Notes: a model not told the origin generated them from the letters alone. Shown: positions 1-13,500, numbered from the stretch's first letter. The stretch is 64,000 nt of DNA from Octopus vulgaris (GCA_951406725.2 OX597816.1:1550001-1614000); one strand, 5' to 3'. Program-made: numbers and translations.

Positions 1-932
1 TTTAATCAAATGCTTCATTATTTTCTAAATTAATTGGCACAAAGGCAATATATTTCAGCAGAAATATGCTCACCAAAGGCAGTTCTTATTCTCCCATAAT
101 CTCCTCTACTCATTATCTCTGTTCGCATTTCTCTCGTTTACATGTCCTTCGTTGCAACCATCAGGATTATATCTGTTCCTCTTCTGGTTTATCTTTAATA
201 TAAGAATGATTTGGAAATTTCCATCGTTTAATTAATGAACGAAAGACTAACTAGATTGAAACATGGATTTAATTTTCTCACTTTTACTGTAATTATGTTG
301 ACAATTAGGATCGTATTTTAAATTTCCATTTGATAAAAGCCAGTATAAAATGTTGGTTGGTTGATTTTTGCAGTCATAGAAAGAGGGAGAGAGAGGAAAA
401 GCAAAAGAGAAACGGAGGGTTTACATAAAAAGGTGCAGAATGAGGGTCGTAACTTTCTGGAAAATTTTTTATGAATTTTGAGATTTTTTTTCTTTCTATG
501 GTATGGATTGCGATTATGTTGATAAAATTCAGGAAAATAATAATTTGTTGTAAAAATACAAATGAGAAATTTGTTTTATTTTATATTAATGTAATGAATA
601 TTCTTCTTTTAAAAATTAGTATCCGTTTCATTATTTTATATAAATACCAAGAATTTGATAAAAGTTAAGTTATAATTATTGTATGTCTGCCATATTTTCT
701 GATACTATATCTCTGGTGGCAAAAGTAGACTTCCAAAGTTACTTCCTGTTTTAAACTAATCTAAATTAAGATTCACCATTAAAATTTCATATTCCTTTTG
801 AAGTTTCAAACACCAGCTTCATAATTACTAAATTCTTCATTATTTTGAAAATTAATTGTAATAAAGGCAGATTATTTCAATAGAAAAATAGTAATGAAGA
901 GGCTACAACAGCTAATGATGATGATGATGATT

Positions 933-1415
933 ATAATAATAATAATAATAATAATAATAATCCTTTCTGCTATGGGCACAATGCCTGAAATTTGGTGGGA
1001 GGGGGGAGAGTTGATTACATTGACCCTAGTATTCAGCTGGTACTTATTTTATCGACCCCGAAAGGATGAAAGTCAAAGTTGACCTCGGCAGAATTTGAAC
1101 TCAGAACATAGCAACAGACAAAATACCACTAAACATTTCGCCCGGCATGCTAACGATTCTGCCAACTCACTGCCTTAATAATAATAATAATAATAATAAT
1201 CCTTTCTATTGGAAGCACAAGGCCTCAAATTTTGGGAGAAGGATTAAGTCGATTACATCGACCCCAGTACATAACTGGTACTAATTTTACTGACACCTGA
1301 AAAGATGAAAGGCAAAGTCAACCTCAGCAGAATTCGAACTCAGACCCTAACAGCAGACGAAACACCACAAAGTATTTCCACCAGCATCCTAACAATTCTG
1401 CTAGCTTGCTGTCTG
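933..1415 (-). mobile_element. Two tandem copies of tRNA-derived SINE family B with (ATT)n tails
   Basis: Both reverse-complement to gctggcagaatcgttagc...gagttcaaatt (B box)...gcctttcatcctttcggggtcgat. Same family as the copies at 11188-11600 and 39559-39797. Confidence 0.8.
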
Positions 1416-1615
1416 AATAATAATAATAGTAGTAGTAGCAGCAGCAGCTAATTTATTTATACTGGAAATCTCACAGGCAGGTACTTAGGGGAATAAAATA
1501 ACCCCTCTGCCCCACCACCAAAAAACCCCCATTTCATAAACCCTCACACCTTGCACTATTTCAATATAATACTAAAACCTTTTGCTTCCTTCCTTCTGTT
1601 CTCCTCCTCATCCAG

Positions 1616-1775
1616 TGTGAAACCGTTTGCCACTCCACCTTATGGCTTAGATACAAAACCCAACACATCACACAATGAAGTAAGTCCACCTTGGCAAGGT
1701 CGGTCGATTGCTGGTCCGAAATTACGTTTGGTTGAGTTCTCTGCTTTCTTGGAACATCATCGGGAGCCAGATTCA
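1616..1775 (+). CDS. TEAD1: TEAD exon: VKPFATPPYGLDTKPNTSHNEVSPPWQGRSIAGPKLRLVEFSAFLEHHREPDS
   Basis: Acceptor tccag| after a pyrimidine tract and donor TCA|gtaagt. WQGRSI..KLRLVEFSAFLE is the start of the TEAD YAP-binding domain. Confidence 0.9.
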
Positions 1776-1811
1776 GTAAGTTTTCCCCAATAATTTCGGG
1801 GATTTTTTTCC

Positions 1812-2036
1812 CTTCTTCTTCTTCTTCTTCTTCTTCTTCTTCTTCTTCTTCTTCTTCTTCTTCTTCTTCTTCTTCTTCTTCTTCTTCTTCTTCTTCTTCT
1901 TCTTCTTCTTCTTCTTCTTCTTCTTCTTCTTCTTCTTCTTCTTCTTCTTCTTCTTCTTCTTCTTCTTCTTCTTCTTCTTCTTCTTCTTCTTCTTCTTCTT
2001 CTTCTTCTTCTTCTTCTTCTTCTTCTTCTTCTTCTT
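1812..2036. repeat. (CTT)n/(GAA)n microsatellite, about 75 uninterrupted units
   Basis: Read directly; explains the spurious poly-Arg ORF 1757-2080. Confidence 0.98.
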
Positions 2037-2127
2037 TCTCCTGTAAAATAAATTATTTTAATTATTTTATTTTTTGGCAAACTTCATAAAATTAATTTTG
2101 CTTTTCTCTCGTTCTTTCTTCATTCAG

Positions 2128-2190
2128 TATCACAAACATTTATTTGTACACATAGAATCAAATGCCAGCTATTCGGATCCTTTACTGGAG
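2128..2190 (+). CDS. TEAD1: TEAD exon: YHKHLFVHIESNASYSDPLLE
   Basis: Boundaries ttcag| and GAG|gtgagt; 63 nt, phase 0/0. Matches TEAD YNKHLFVHI...YSDPLLE. Confidence 0.95.
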
Positions 2191-3428
2191 GTGAGTAAAT
2201 TGATTCCTTGTTAAATATTCTGCTATTATCATCATCATCATCTTCATCTCTAACACCAACACCACCACCGTCATCATCATCATCAACAACAACACCAAAC
2301 AGTCCTGTTCCATGAGTTGGACAGTTTGACTCGATCCAATAGACTCCAGTTGTTTTATTTTTGGTTTGGTTTCTGTGGCGCTGGATACCCTTATTATTAT
2401 TATTATTATTATTATTACCAACCACTTTACTGAATGGACTGGTGCTTTTTTTTTTTTGTCTTCCATGCCACCAACTCTAGGGAGGTCACCCTGCAACTGC
2501 TCTGTTATTCAAAAATGGATTATTACATTTTTTTTTAAGAATTTCCCAAAATTAAAGAGGACCCTAGTTGGCTGAGTTGTGAGATTATTAGAATTGCAGA
2601 TCCACATTTTGTATCCTTTTGCCATTCCTAGATTGTGTTTTTGGCTAAGTCTCTTAGTTTTCTGTGACTCAGTCCACAAAACTATAAATAAGTACCATTT
2701 TTCGGTGCAGTGCTCCGTTCCAATTATTTCATGTATTTTATTATTTTGTAGAAGTGAGTTCCATTTAATTTCTTGGCCATTAATTAGGTAATGAGAAACA
2801 TCTCCAAGATAACCTGAAATTGGTATAATTTCCAGGAATTTTGTACCTTTATGAGGATTTGAATAGAATCGACCCTTTTGATACCAGCCTTTCTGAGATT
2901 GCCCTTCTTTTTATGATACAAATTTTCTGTTTTAGAATGATCTCAATTAAAATCTTCCATCAAAATTTTATTTTATTTAAGTTCTCATCTCCTGTTTATA
3001 ACGACAGAGAACAAAGTTATTTGACTAAATTCTTCATTCAAAATCAATAGAAACAAAGGCAAACAAACTTATTAAGGACTATTGATGTATTTTGGAATCA
3101 ATAATGCCCAATGTTGTTATTATTTCAAATTTAGGTAAAAACAGTCAAAAACTTTATCAAACCCCTACTAAAAGCTCCCTAAAAACCAGATGTTGGAAAT
3201 GTTTTCAGATGGTTACCGACCACAAAGAAGAAATTATTAGGTTCAGACTGAAATAAATTTTGACTAAAACTACAAAATTAAAGGAACTCATGTAAATCTG
3301 GGTTTACAAATTTGGTGAGGAGAGTGGAAGAAGAAGAAGATGAGATGATTTTGGTGTTGTTAGTGATGTTCATGTCAATGTTGATGACTCTGGGATTGAA
3401 TTCCTTTTTATTTCTCTTCCCTTTTTAG

Positions 3429-3536
3429 GCTGTTGATATCAAACAAATATATGATAAATTCCCTGAAAAGAAAGGTGGTTTGAAGGAATTGTATGATAAA
3501 GGTCCTCAGGCAGCATTTTTCTTAGTTAAATTTTGG
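3429..3536 (+). CDS. TEAD1: TEAD exon: [36 protein letters not shown]
   Basis: Boundaries tttag| and TGG|gtaagt; 108 nt. Highly conserved TEAD motif. Confidence 0.97.
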
Positions 3537-3713
3537 GTAAGTTTCCTGTTTTTCTTCATTTCTCTGTATTTAGAGATTTCCATTCATCCATGGATATATA
3601 GTCACGTGTGTGTTTGTAGTTGACACACTTTGTAAGCTACTAAGCATGTTTATACATATATACATATGATGAAGGGAACACTGGCAAGTTATTTTTTAAA
3701 AAAATGTTAATAG

Positions 3714-3760
<47 letters not shown>

Positions 3761-3763
<3 letters not shown>

Positions 3764-4172
3764 CGTAGGAGTGGATGTGTGGTAAGTAGCTTGCTTACCA
3801 ACCACATGGTTCCGGGTTCAGTCCCACTGCGTGGCACCTTGGGCAAGTGTCTTCTACTATAGCCTCGGGCCGACCAAAGCCTTGTGAGTGGATTTGGTAG
3901 ACAGAAACTGAAAGAAGCCCGTCGTATACATGTATATATATATGTATGTGCGTGTATATGTTTGTGTGTCTGTGTTTGTCCCCTTAGCATTGCTTGACAA
4001 CCGATGCTGGTGTGTTTATGTCCCCGTCACTTAGCAGTTCGGCAAAAGAGACCAATGGAATAAGTACTGGGCTTACAAAGAATAAGCCCCGGGGTCGAGT
4101 TGCTCGATTAAAGGCGGTGCACCAGCATGGCCGCAGTCAAATGACTGAAACAAGTAAGAAGAGAAAGAGAAA
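3761..4172 (+). mobile_element. Full-length tRNA-derived SINE family A with internal (TA/TG)n
   Basis: Head ggcgtaggagtggatgtgtggtaag (A-box-like), B box gggttcagtccc, 3' end cagcatggccgcagtcaaatgactgaaacaag. Near-identical to 55677-56061. Confidence 0.85.
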
Positions 4173-5543
4173 GATATATTTTATATATATAAAATCTATT
4201 AACGGTTTTTTAAAAGATAACTTGCCAGTGTTCCCTTTTGATATACGCCGTAATCACATTTGGTTAAAATGGCTTATTGATGTGTTTTGCTCCTCTTTTT
4301 TTCCCCTGACGAGATGATTGCATTGTTTTACATCATTTTATTGCCTCAGGAATAATATCAATGTTTTCTTTGAAACATATGTCGGAAGTATAAAGATTTG
4401 AATAACATCTGCGTTTAACTCCATTTCTTAATTTATTTATAAATTAGGAAAGGAAAGAAAATAATAATTTGAATATTTGAATCAGGAAATTTTCAAGTTC
4501 AATCCAGTTTTCTCTGTAAACAAATGACAAATCAAGTTAGACTATGTTTAAGATTGCAAATTGTGTGTGTGTGTGTATATATACACACAACTCCAACCAC
4601 CACCACCACCATGGTCACTGCTACTACTGCTATTTCGGCCACCGGTCATTTTCACAATTACAGCCAACGAATCTAGTCAATGCACAAGACAACCATTATG
4701 CTTCCCCTCCCCCACAAAACACCCCCACGTGGACTCTGCTGAGACCAGTAAGAAACAATTATGAACTTTTTTATTACACTTAACTTTTAAAAATATTTTT
4801 GATAAGGTTCGTTTTTTCAAGAAGAACCGAAACATGTAAAATCTCTAATACAATTAAAATTTATCTTATATAATGGCGTTTTTGCCACCATGTAATCTTT
4901 ACTTCAGACAGTAAATCAATTTCTCTTTTTAACTCCAAGAAATTGAATCATATTTTGTATAAGAATATAGAATATTTTGTTGTATTTAGTTACAACAGAA
5001 ATGTATTTAGTGAAGCTCCTGGTTTCAACCTGATTGACTCTCATCAGTTTTGACAGAGACAAACATTGTTTGCTCTTGTGGCTGAGAATCTATGAATATT
5101 CATTCTATACAAATGAACATAACATAGTTTCAATGTCTGGCACACTCGGGTTGGCAGCCATGTCTCCTCCCCTTGCACAACTCCCAGTCATCACAGTTCT
5201 TTGTCATTTCTTTTGTGGTGAAGGTAACAGTTTCACATTTGTCTTCCCCACTTTGTCACAAGTCTCCCTTTTCTCACTTCACGCACGTATCTCCAGCTGT
5301 CCCCCCCCCTGTCATCCCCATCACATGGCCCTACCATCACAGTTCTCTCTCATTCTCCTCTCTCCCCCTCACACATACACACACAGACACACGGTCCTCC
5401 TATATTGAAATTGCAAGAAGCCCTAAAGGGACAGCATCTCTCTCCTCACCTTTGCTACTCAATTTCCCCTCTGTCTGTGTGTCCTATATGTGCATTTATG
5501 TATAAGTACGAGTTTTGTAAATTGCTTTTTCCTTTCTTTCCAG

Positions 5544-5602
5544 GCTGATCTGAATACAAACGGCCAGGATGATGCTAGAGCATTTTACGGTGTTTCTAGT
5601 CA
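5544..5602 (+). CDS. TEAD1: TEAD exon: ADLNTNGQDDARAFYGVSS(Q)
   Basis: Boundaries tccag| and CA|gtaagt; 59 nt, ending in phase 2. Confidence 0.95.
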
Positions 5603-7213
5603 GTAAGTAACCATTATTCACGCTGAAACAATGACAAACACGTCACGGACTTGATCCAAATGCCCCACTTTTCTGATCCATGAAACTATAAAGAAAAATT
5701 TCACCATGGAAACAAAAAACATGAAAATACTGTTTTGATCTTTAAATGTTGAACCCTTTTTGATTCCTAGCAATTTGTTGGGGTCATTACTCAATCACTG
5801 AACATAATCCCTTATTTTTCATGCAATTATTAAATGAGAGCTATGGCTTGGCCCTCATCACCATTGGTTTTCTCTAACATGTTATTTACTTGATGAACAA
5901 AAGTGAAACAGCATAAAATTAAAATAGCCATTTCTGGAACATACCAAATCTACAGAAAGGTATGATGCTGTGGTTTCCGTTGGAGTGAAGCCAACAGCAC
6001 CCCAGCTGTGGATCATGAGAGATGCCAGGTGTGTTAGGGCCATTCTAAGCCTTGTCGTTTAATAATGAATATCCACTTGTCATACCTAAATGAAATTTGT
6101 CCCTTTCTTGACAAACAGGAAACAGCAAACCCTACATTCGCTGGGATTCTGGGAAGGTTTGCTGGACTGCAATGAATTCAGTGTTTGCAAATGAAAGAGC
6201 ATTCAATTTAAATAGCCATCTATGTACCACACTTAACACACACACACACATTAAAATACCATTGAAAGGCAGATGCTGTAGATTTTCATCTGAGAGAAAG
6301 TCTCTTGGTAGGTATGTTGTATCCAGAACAACATTTACCTCTATAAAAAAAAAACTCATGTTCAGAATAAGAAAGAGGAATTTTAAATTTAAATCTATAA
6401 AAATGGTCAAGTGACATTAGGGGGGGGGGGTACTTCATGTTTCTACAATTTCTGATGTTTTGGTAATTATCAGTTTTGTGTTTTTCATGTCGGCATGGGA
6501 AAGATGAACATGGGTTGGTGACAGTGGCCTTCCTATCGCTAAACCACACCTGGCTTTTCAAGTAAGAGAGAGAGAGAGAGAGAGAGCTCTTATTCATTAT
6601 GTCTTGAATGGTTTGTTGACAGAAGAACTGACAGCACCCATCCATCCCAAACAGGTAGAAATGCAAAGGAACACCGACACACACACACACACTGCCATGT
6701 ATATGTATTTATCTCTATAGGTTACCTGTAGAATTCAGAGCCAGGTACATTTCAAGAGTTATTGCTGTATATATATGTACACACACCCACCCATGCTGGC
6801 ATCATGTGCAAAGGACCCTGGGAAGGGCGTCCAACTGTAGAAGCCATAGCAAAGCAAACAACTGGAGCCGAGTGCAGCTCTCCAGCCTTGCCCAGCCCTG
6901 GTTAAAACATCACAAAATGGACATTAAATGATGAGAGAGAGAGAGAGAGAGAGAGACTTTACAAGACGGTCTTATTTCAATTACCATCCACCAAATCTGT
7001 TGAAGGCTTAGCTTGGTCTGGGCTTATTAGTAGAAGACGACACTGAAGGCATCTTGCAGTGAGACTGAACCTAAATCCATGTGGTTGGCAAGCAAACATC
7101 TTAACAACCACCCGGCCAAGGGGAAGATAACTGCTGCCAGGTTTGAGTTTCTGAGGCGAAGTGTCAAGAGTTATCTACCTTAGATAGGAAAACTTGTTAA
7201 AAGCGAGAACAGC

Positions 7214-8471
7214 AATAATAATAATAATAATAATAATAATTGTGTACAGTGCTCAGGTGCACTACAACTCATCTAAAGTGTATATATAATCAGGTGAAGT
7301 TTCAAGGCGGATTTCGGAAAGCATGAGGGCCTTAAAAGATGCAGTGTCATGGCAGTCAACAACTGACGCAGGCAGTTTATTCCATGCTTCAGCAACTCTG
7401 AGCGTGAAAAAATGTTTCCGAAAGTCATGGGAGCTGTATTGTTTTCTGACTTTGTAGGCATGTCCACGTGTGTTAGACACATGGAGATCAAAAAGGTGTT
7501 CAGTGTTGTTGTTGGTGAGGTGGTTGATAACTTTGTGGGTGTTTACCAAGTCCGTCGCCAAACGCCGGAGCTTCAGTGAATCCATGCCCAGGGAAACAAG
7601 GCGCTCAGAATATGGTAGGTGTCTGATGGAGGGTATGCGTTTGGTTGCACGTCTCTGGACAGATTCCAGGAGGTCAATGTTCTGTGCAAGATAAGGGTTC
7701 CAAACTGATGATGCGAATTCCAAGTGTGGTCGTACCATAGCTGTATACAGTTTTAAATAGATGGCTGGAGAGCGGCTAACAAAAGACCTGCTGAGTGATG
7801 CCAAGACACCCTCGGCCTTCCTGACAATCTTAGAGATATGCTTTGACCAACGCAAATCACTGCTGACAGTGATGCCTAGGTCACGCTCGCAAGAGGATTT
7901 CTTGATATCAGTGTTGTGGAGGGAGTATGTGAACGCAGGGTTTTTTCTCCCAAAATGCATGGTGGTACACTTGTCCACAGCCAGTTTCAGTTGCCAGTCT
8001 GTGATCCATTGCTGCATTGTGTCTAGGTCTGATTGCAGGAAAGAGTTGTAGACATCAGGATCTGTCCTCTTGATTTCAAGGTACAGCTTGATGTCGTCTG
8101 CATATTTCAATACTGTGGCATTCTTTAAATTGGCATCTATGTCGTTAATGTATGCCACAAACAAGAGGGGGCCAAGGACAGATCCCTGTGGTACACCCGA
8201 TGACATCTCATATGGTGTAGAGTGCTGTCCTAGAACTGTGACTACCTCCTTTCGGCTGAGGATGAAGGATTTCAACCAGTTAAAAAGGTCATCCCCCACA
8301 CCCATTGCAGAGAGTTTCACCATAAGCCTTTTGTGTGGCACAGAGTTGAAAGCCTTAGCAAAGTCAAGGTAGACAACATCCACCCATGAGCCACTGTCAG
8401 TAATCTGAGTAATGTCCTCAAGGAACTCGACAAGCTGGTCACTGCAGCTGGAGTTAGGGACAAATCCATAT
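7214..8471 (-). mobile_element. 5'-truncated CR1-type LINE with intact reverse-transcriptase frame and (ATT)n tail, antisense in a TEAD intron
   Basis: ORF 7262-8479 contains YLDFAKAF, GVPQGSVLGPLLF, YADD, ERDLG and RPHLEFASSVW. Imperfect target-site duplication gaacagcaat (7207-7216) / gaacgcaat (8472-8480). Confidence 0.93.
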
Positions 8472-9109
8472 GAACGCAATTGTTTGTAAAATAATGTTTG
8501 AAATATTTCAACTGAATGACCTGGGAAAATGTTTTAGATCTTATTTAGAAATGGTAAATTAAGTAAAATCTGAGTTCTTTGACTGAGATTAATCGAGAAG
8601 TTGTCTGTCAACAAATAATTTCTTCCTTTTAAAAATATAAATGGTGGTGTTAATGATTTCATTTTATTTAGACACACAGACACAGCTATGGCTGTGTGGT
8701 AAGACAGTTGCTTCCCAACCACATGGTTTCGGGTTCAGTCCCACTACATGACGCATTGGGCAAGTGACTCCTACTCTAGCCTTGGGCCAACCAAAGCCTT
8801 GAGAGTGGATTTGATAGGCAGAAACTGAAAGGAGCCCATCATATATGTGTGTGTGTGTGTTTGTTTGTTTGTGTCTCCTTGCTTTGGCATTAAGTGATAG
8901 TTGTAAATGAGTCACACAAGCAGTGTCATTCATTCCTAATATTCTGTGAAAGCACAGAATGGTCATGGGCAAATGTTACTCAACAGGGAGGGCCTCCAGC
9001 CATAGAAAGTCTGCTGCTTCAATAAAGAGCCATCTGACCCATGCAAACATGGAAAACTGGATGTTAAAATGATGAGGAGGATGATTTATTCCTGTTTTTT
9101 TACTTCCAG

Positions 9110-9191
9110 ATACGAGAGCACAGAAAACATGACTATCACATCTTCAACCAAGGTGTGTTCTTTTGGAAAACAGGTTGTTGAAAAAGTAGAA
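9110..9191 (+). CDS. TEAD1: TEAD exon: (Q)[27 protein letters not shown]
   Basis: Boundaries ttccag| and GAA|gtaagt; 82 nt. Contains the [16 protein letters not shown] signature. Confidence 0.97.
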
Positions 9192-9841
9192 GTAAGTTTC
9201 TTCACCCTTTTTTGCAAATCTTTTCCTCTCCTTTTTGTCTCCAGACTTTTCAGAATCTTTCTGCTCTCCTCATATTTCATTTCTCTCTTCACAAACTCGT
9301 TTATCGGTTCACTATGAGTTGCTCTGTTCTGTCTGTTCATCTTTTCGTTGCCATATTTCTGTGGAAATGCACTTTCTTTATTTTAATTAATTTTGAAAAT
9401 AATGAAGAATTTGGTAAAATAGTATGGTTCTTATTAAGCTGGCGTTTGGAGCATTAATCTGAAATTTTGGTGGAAGGGTTTAATTCAGATCCCTTTAATC
9501 CTTTTGTTTCAATTGATTTTGACTCAAAATGTAAGCAGCTGCCAGAAATGCTGCCAAGAATTTCACTGGATTCTGCTGGCTTATTCTCTTAAAAGTATGA
9601 AATCCTAACAGAAATCAGGAATGGTGACTTCAAAGTAGATTGGAAGTTTCAAGGCTGTTAAAATATATTTCATTCTTTGTTAAAATTTACTGGGAAATAC
9701 ATTGAAATTTAGCCGTTATTAGATTAATTGAATAATAAAACGACGAGTTTATTAATCAGAAAATATTTGCTTTTGAGAACTGATGCATTTTATAAATGTT
9801 GTTTGATCGAATTCTGTATGAGTGTTTTTTTTCTATTTTAG

Positions 9842-9994
9842 ACGGAATTTCCTCGATATGAAGGTGGCAAATGTGTGTATCGCATCACTCGTTCACCAAT
9901 GTGTGAATATATGATCAATTTCATCCATAAACTGAAACATCTACCTGAAAAATACATGATGAACAGTGTTTTAGAGAACTTTACCATATTGCAA
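9842..9994 (+). CDS. TEAD1: TEAD exon: [51 protein letters not shown]
   Basis: Boundaries tttag| and CAA|gtaagt; 153 nt. Contains the RSPMCEY palmitoylated-cysteine motif. Confidence 0.97.
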
Positions 9995-11187
9995 GTAAGT
10001 ACTGAAGACTTCTTTTGATATTTATTGAGAAGAAGTTTAGGATTTCGGACAGAGTGTGGCAGAAAGCGTTCCACATTCCACAGGTTAGGAAACACTTGCT
10101 GTTCACTGATCCAAATCATGAAGGAAAGTTAGAAAAATGGTAAAACATTAGCCACATGAAGACCTTATTTCCCGCCTGTCTAACTTGACTAGAGCCACAC
10201 TAATGACCATGTAAAACATGGAAGGTTTTTTTCTGCTGCTGCACCCTGTATTACAGACCAGTTTGTTATTTGGTCTTTGTGCCATGTCCACTTTCACAAA
10301 CGACTGGAGACAAACAGAATCTCTTGTGTAATGCGACTCTTTTATAGGTATCGTGACAAGCGTACACACGTGCGCAGCCCCCCCCCCCCTCACCTTATAC
10401 CCAAATAAGACCTTATTTATTTTCTAGTGCCTGTTGTCTGTTATCTTTATGCAACAATCCTTTAGAAACTTCTGGACCTTTTTCTACCAAGAATCATTTA
10501 AAGTGCACTGGAAAATTGTCATTACTGGGGTCAATTGGAACAGGTCAGAACTGATGGGCCCTCACCACAAGGACCAGAGTAACATAGGACCCTATGAATA
10601 ATTGTGTTGTCCCCTTGTGTCCTACTTTTCCATGACTTGTCAGTTTTAATCCCTTCTATTTCTCCGTTGCACATTTCTTACACCATTTCCATTCAACACA
10701 AAAGACTCGTTGACCATTCCTACAGAGTTTGGCATTTAGCATTTATTTCAGTCATTGGACTGTGGCCATGCTGGTGCACTGTCTTCAAGGATTTAGTCAC
10801 ACAAATCAACCCCAATAAAAATTTTTTTATGTCTGGTACTTATTCTGTCAGTCTGTTTTACCAAACTGCTAACTTACAGGGATGTAAACAAACAAACACC
10901 AGTTATCAGGCAAACAACAATGACCACGCATAGAGTGTTTCCATCAACCAAATCCACTCGCAAGGCATTGGTCAGTTTGGGGCTATAGAAGAAGACACCT
11001 GTTCAAGGTGTCATGCAGTGGGACTGAACCCAAAGCCACATGGTTATCAAGCAAGCTTCTTACCCTCACAGCCACGCCTGCCTTACAATTATAAATCTCT
11101 GATTATAAAACATCAAATGTTTGAATTAAATAAGCAGCTCTTATGGATTCCTTGAGTTCTTCCAATTCCTCAATATCCATTTGCCAT

Positions 11188-11600
11188 AAGGCAGCAAGGA
11201 GCTGGCAGAAATGTTAGCTCGCCGGGTGAATTGCTTAGCAGTATTTCGTCTGTGGTTACGTTCTGAGTTCAAATTCCACTGAGGTCGACTTTGCCTTTCA
11301 TCCTTTCGGGGGTCGATTAAATAAGTACCAGTTACGCACTGTGGTCGATGCAATCGACTTAATCCATTTGTCTGTCCTTGTTTGTCCCCTCTATGTTTAG
11401 CCCCCTGTGGGCAATAAAGAAATAGGATTCATCTTACTTAATGTTCTGAGCTCAAATTCCACCAAGGCCGACTTTGCCTTTCATCCTTTCGGGGTCGATA
11501 CATTAAGTACCAGTTGCTTGGTGTGTGTGTGTGTGGGGGGTCGATCTAATCACCTGGCCCCCTCCCCCAAAATTTTGGTCCTTGTGCCTACAATAGAAAA
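11188..11600 (+). mobile_element. SINE family B, one near-full copy plus a partial copy
   Basis: gagctggcagaaatgttagc...gagttcaaattcc...gcctttcatcctttcggggtcgat; the core occurs twice. Confidence 0.8.
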
Positions 11601-11683
11601 GAATGTCCCTTTGTCCCTTTGCCATTACCAAACATTGTTTTCGCTTCGTTCTTCATTTTTCTTTCTTCTCTTTCTGTCTGCAG

Positions 11684-11797
11684 GTAGTAACCAACCGAGA
11701 GACCCAAGAGACTTTGGTGTGCATTGCGTATGTATTTGAAGTGTCCACCAGTGAGCACGGGGACCAACACCACATATACCGGCTGGTCAAGGAATGA
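11684..11797 (+). CDS. TEAD1: TEAD terminal coding exon: [37 protein letters not shown]
   Basis: Acceptor ctgcag| after a long pyrimidine tract; TGA stop at 11795-11797; canonical TEAD C-terminus. Confidence 0.97.
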   Translation, partial: VVTNRETQETLVCIAYVFEVSTSEHGDQHHIYRLVKE

Positions 11798-12601
11798 AGC
11801 TCATGTCTCCTCTCATCAGCACACGCACACACACACACAAACACAAACACACACACACACGCGCGTGTCACAACAATCTTCTGCCGTTTGTTTCCTGGTT
11901 TTTTTTTTTTTTTTCCAAACCACATGAGGAGTTGGGGGTGAGACACATCAATGCCACATGTACACAGTTCGTGATGGCTGCCTCATGGCTTCATGTATCT
12001 CCTGTGTACACTCAACACTAAACACAACTCCAGTGCCTGTATAAACGGTCTGCTAGCCCAGAATAGGAATGGAATATTTGTCGATCAAAGCTGTCTGTAA
12101 AATTTGGTGGAAACTTTTTTTTTTTGTAGGAAGTTGATTTTTTTTATTTATTTATATATTTTTCTCACATTTGTCTTTAAAAAAAATGATAATAATTCTT
12201 GGAAAAGAACAAGATACAAGACTAAAATATGAAACTGAAATAATCATTTAAAACAATTTTTTTTTTAAAGTCTTGTGTCATAATCATTACATCAATGTTG
12301 TTATTATCATTATTATTATCATTATTATTATTATTATTATTATTATATTATCATTGTCATAGTCATCATTATCATCATTGTCATCAATTTTATTTTTACC
12401 GACACAGCTCTCACACCTATTTGCAGCTGACCTTTTTTTTTTTTTTGGTATTTACGATTATTTTCCAAATTGTGACCCTACCTTGATAAGGGGCTGGGCT
12501 AGACTGCTCAGAAAAAGTTTCACACCGTCTTGCCTTCTAACATTCTGTAAGCATGTGCAACGTGTGCACGTGCTCAAATACGCACAACACAAACACACAC
12601 A

Positions 12602-12638
<37 letters not shown>

Positions 12639-13049
12639 GAAATGACACTCAACTATAAAACATCATAATGAGTTTAACTGATAAAGAAAAAAACAAAAGA
12701 CCTCAAAACTTGAAGAACAAAAGTCAAATGTTTTGTACTAAAGAAAAAAAAAATTATATTCCTGGCCCACCACCACTGTCCCGGATACTGGGAACAGAAT
12801 GGAAAACTCAAGTAATCCTGTCAACATTTGAAGAATTTGAATCAATAATGGTGTGTGTGTGTGTGTGTGTGTGTGAATGATGTCTAGGTAAATTAATGCT
12901 GTAATTGAGAATCTTTACATAGATGAGATTAGCCTGGATTATCCAACAAATGGAGTCAATTAGACTGGATTGTTCACCCATGGTATTAAGAATTTTTTTC
13001 TTTCTTTTCACCAAATTCAGAAAGTTAGAAAGAGTTCTTGCTCTTTAAT

Positions 13050-13500
13050 TAGGAAGAGACGATGAGATGCAGTTTGGTTTTGTGCCAGGGAGAATTACTA
13101 TGGATGCCATCTTCTTAGACGGACAACCGTAGAAGTAAACCTGGAGAAAGCTTTTGACAGAGTTCCTTGTTCTGTGACTTGGTGGTTTGTGAGGATGCTA
13201 GGGCTAGAATTGCTTGTGAGCACCATACAAGCCATATTAAGGTGTGCTGTCAGTGAAGTGATGGTTTGCTATGAATACTGCAATGAATTTAGTGCAGAAG
13301 TAGGGTTTCACCAGGCCCCAGTATTCAGTCCCTTGCTATTCACCATAGTCCTCCAAGCCATAATTGAGGAATTTAAAGCTGCCTTCGGAACCAATTATGT
13401 ACTGATAACCTCTTTCTTTTATTGGAAGCAAAATACCAGGTGTGGAAGACAAACTTGCAAGCAAAGTTAATTTAGCAAAGACTAGCATTGTTTTAAGCAG
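13050..13500 (+). mobile_element. Degenerate RTE-type LINE reverse-transcriptase fragment
   Basis: Broken frames give MQFGFVPGR.TMDAIF, NLEKAFDRVP and VGFHQAPVFSPLLFTIVL. Confidence 0.75.

Larger units (their letters stand above)
1616..11797 (+). other. TEAD1: TEAD/scalloped transcription factor gene, 3' part (7 coding exons; TEA DNA-binding domain lies upstream of the window)
   Basis: join(1616-1775,2128-2190,3429-3536,5544-5602,9110-9191,9842-9994,11684-11797). All introns are GT-AG with compatible phases and give a continuous YAP-binding domain from WQGRSIAGPKLRLVEFSAFLE to HHIYRLVKE*. Confidence 0.96.

Noticed and set aside
1757-2080. 107-aa poly-arginine ORF
   Set aside because: It is the translation of the (GAA)n strand of an intronic microsatellite.
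3761-3830. tRNA gene
   Set aside because: A/B-box-like motifs are present, but there is no complete cloverleaf and it is the head of a multi-copy SINE.
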